Of a stretch of DNA of 64,000 nucleotides, positions 61,941 through 64,000 are shown piece after piece (position 1 is the stretch's first letter; every line of letters starts with the position of its first letter). The notes under the pieces are model-generated. The model had not been told where the DNA came from. It did no database searches and saw only the letters and a program-made list of their open reading frames with translations. Made by a program: the position numbers and the translations under genes. Source of the DNA: an uncultured archaeon (lineage in GTDB: Archaea; Asgardarchaeota; Lokiarchaeia; Sigyniarchaeales; SOKP01). The stretch lies in contig CAZGJX010000003.1 in NCBI GenBank assembly GCA_964525635.1, positions 44,189 to 108,188 of the forward strand, read 5' to 3'.

Positions 61941-62966
61941 ATGAAAAAAGTTAGGTTAGGTAAAACAAATACAGAAGTAAGCCAAATTTGCTTAGGTTGT
62001 ATGTATTTTGGCAGTAAAACTGATAAAAAAACTTCATATGACCTTTTAAATCATTATGTTGAAGCTGGGGGTAATTTTCTTGATACGGCAAATTGTTATG
62101 CTTTCTGGATAAAAGGTGCCATTGGGATTGAAAGTGAAACACTAATAGGAAATTGGATAAATGAAAAAGAAAATCGAGAGGATCTTTTTATTGCAACTAA
62201 AGTGGGTGCAAATATGAAAGATATAAATAAAGTAAAAGATGTTGATGGCAATTTAGTTAGTAATTATGAAGACTTTAGGGAAGGATTATCTAAACAAACC
62301 ATTATAGATGCAGTTGATAAAAGTCTTAAACGGTTAAAAACTGATTATATTGATCTTTATTATGCCCATATTGATGATTTTAATACTCCTTTAGAGGAAA
62401 CTCTTGAAGCATTTAATTATTTAGTTGATGAAGGAAAAGTACGCCATATTGGATGTAGTAATTATAGAACATGGAGATTAGAAAGATCTAAAAATATCAG
62501 TAAAATCAATGGTTGGGTAGAATATTGTTGTATTCAAAAATTACATACATATCTAAGACCTGTGCCAAAAGCTACGTCCTTATATAGCAAAACAAATAAA
62601 CATTATGCTGATTATGAATTATTAGATTATTGTATTCAAAATAAGGATGTTTCTTTATTAGCTTACTCTCCAACATTATTAGGGCTTTATAATTGTATTG
62701 ATCGTCGTTCCGAAGAAACAAATTGGCTCTGGAATGATTACTCTAGTCCTGATACGGAAGCTCGACTAGAAGCAATTGAAAATGTTGCAAACGATTTGAA
62801 TATTACACCTATTCAAGTTCTTTTTGCTTGGATACAACAAAACAATCCCCCTGCAATTCCATTAGTTTCTGCAAGTAATAAAGAACAATTGAAGGAAAAC
62901 TTAGATAGTGTCAATGTTAATTTGAGTAAAGAAAAAATACAATATCTAAACGATGCTTCTAGTTAA
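61941..62966 (+). CDS. Aldo/keto reductase
   Basis: LGCMYFG, FLDTANCY, IATKVG, TDYIDLYYAH, GKVRHIGCSN. Confidence 0.92.
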   Translation: MKKVRLGKTNTEVSQICLGCMYFGSKTDKKTSYDLLNHYVEAGGNFLDTANCYAFWIKGAIGIESETLIGNWINEKENREDLFIATKVGANMKDINKVKDVDGNLVSNYEDFREGLSKQTIIDAVDKSLKRLKTDYIDLYYAHIDDFNTPLEETLEAFNYLVDEGKVRHIGCSNYRTWRLERSKNISKINGWVEYCCIQKLHTYLRPVPKATSLYSKTNKHYADYELLDYCIQNKDVSLLAYSPTLLGLYNCIDRRSEETNWLWNDYSSPDTEARLEAIENVANDLNITPIQVLFAWIQQNNPPAIPLVSASNKEQLKENLDSVNVNLSKEKIQYLNDASS

Positions 62967-63075
62967 GATTTTATTTCAAATCAAACTAAAAGTTATCATA
63001 AAATTGATAATACTTATGGAATTCTTTAAATTAATAGCATAAAATTATTACTATATATTAGATTTTTTCCTTTTT

Positions 63076-63576
63076 ATGAGATTTCAAATAAAAGAAGCAA
63101 CTATCAATGATATAAATACCTTAACAAAAATAATAAAAAATTCTTTTCTAAGTATTGCTAAAAAATTTAATTTAACTTTAGAAAACGCTCCAAGACATCC
63201 TTCAAATTGTAAAGCAGAATGGATATCCTCTGCTTTAGAAAGTGGAATTCATTATTATTTATTAAAAATTGAAAAACAAAATTATCCAATTGGTTGTTGT
63301 GCTTTAGAAATAGTCAATTCTGATATAGGATATCTTGAGCGATTAGCAGTATTACCATCTTTCAGAAAAAAGGGATATGGAACAGCTCTTGTAAAATATA
63401 TAATTAATAAAGCCAAGGAATTTAATATTAAAAGAATTGAAGTAGGAATTATAGCTAATAATAAAAAGTTAAGAAGATGGTATGAAAATTTGGGATTTGA
63501 TATCAAAAATAAAGCTGTTTTTAATCATTTACCTTTTAAAGTATTATTTATGTTTTTAGATCTTAAAAAAGATTAA
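63076..63576 (+). CDS. GNAT family N-acetyltransferase
   Basis: LAVLPSFRKKGYG, WYENLGF. Confidence 0.9.
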   Translation: MRFQIKEATINDINTLTKIIKNSFLSIAKKFNLTLENAPRHPSNCKAEWISSALESGIHYYLLKIEKQNYPIGCCALEIVNSDIGYLERLAVLPSFRKKGYGTALVKYIINKAKEFNIKRIEVGIIANNKKLRRWYENLGFDIKNKAVFNHLPFKVLFMFLDLKKD

Positions 63577-64000
63577 TGATTTCCATGATCTCTAAAATCT
63601 TTCCTATTTCTCATATGATTTAATAAATAAAATTCAGAAAATTTTAATAAAATCAATTATGATTCCTAATTCTAATTATATTTAATATAATTTTATAGGT
63701 TGAAAATATTGATATATCGGGTTTATTTATTTAATTAAAATCTAAGACAAATTAAGATATTAGATTATTTATCGAAAATAGGATATAAAATTTATGATTC
63801 AATCATATTGGATTTAGAAATTCATATATTTTAATTTAGAAAATATTTTTACCAGCTTTTCTTAAATTGATTTTCTCATAATTATCCATTTTTGTCGTTA
63901 ATTTCTTTTTATTTTATTCTTATAAAAATTAAGATAAAACCATAATCTTTAAATATATGTAAGATATATGTTATTATAATTAACATATAATAAAAAACAA

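Noticed and set aside
2092-63506. Short antisense or overlapping ORFs in the track (e.g. 3405..3737, 11485..11787, 36051..36422, 54380..54562, 58106..58525)
   Set aside because: They are shadows of longer motif-bearing genes and have no motifs of their own.
63600-63890. Possible decayed minus-strand gene (MDNYEKINLRKAGK...)
   Set aside because: Multiple stops within a few dozen codons and no identifiable family.

Overview
Very AT-rich, gene-dense archaeal window. Gene content and protein style point to an Asgard archaeon, probably Lokiarchaeia (inference from TPR-longin fusions, stand-alone and membrane longin-like domains, a gelsolin-like domain, PCI-like winged helices, a UBC/RWD-like domain and stand-alone 7TM proteins). 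Housekeeping and metabolic genes (trpA-trpE-trpG, LeuA/CimA family, alanine aminotransferase, Hef helicase, Fe-ADH, GlcD/GlpC-type oxidoreductases, a PAS kinase with two Rcp1-like receivers) are mixed with unusual loci. (1) An ABC-2/ABCA-like system at 17.4-28.2 kb has two permeases, a normal ATPase and an ATPase fused through a TM helix to a large extracellular prenyltransferase-type alpha/alpha barrel. Nearby are a degenerate third ATPase fused to a UBC/RWD-like domain and a membrane-anchored longin. Two genes of this system appear to start at ATA codons. (2) An acylation/sulfation cluster at 34.9-41.9 kb encodes an acyltransferase-3, a GT-C-like membrane domain fused to an HHxxxDG acyltransferase, a PAPS sulfotransferase and an ASST-like enzyme. 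(3) Also present: a tandem pair of helical/beta-sandwich scaffold proteins, one with a gelsolin-like head; a 1475-aa barrel/coiled-coil/PCI membrane protein; a membrane legumain/GPI8-like peptidase; and a zinc-ribbon-array endonuclease. Four loci are broken. No rRNA, tRNA, CRISPR array or transposase was seen. All domain calls are by eye from motifs; no database searches were run.
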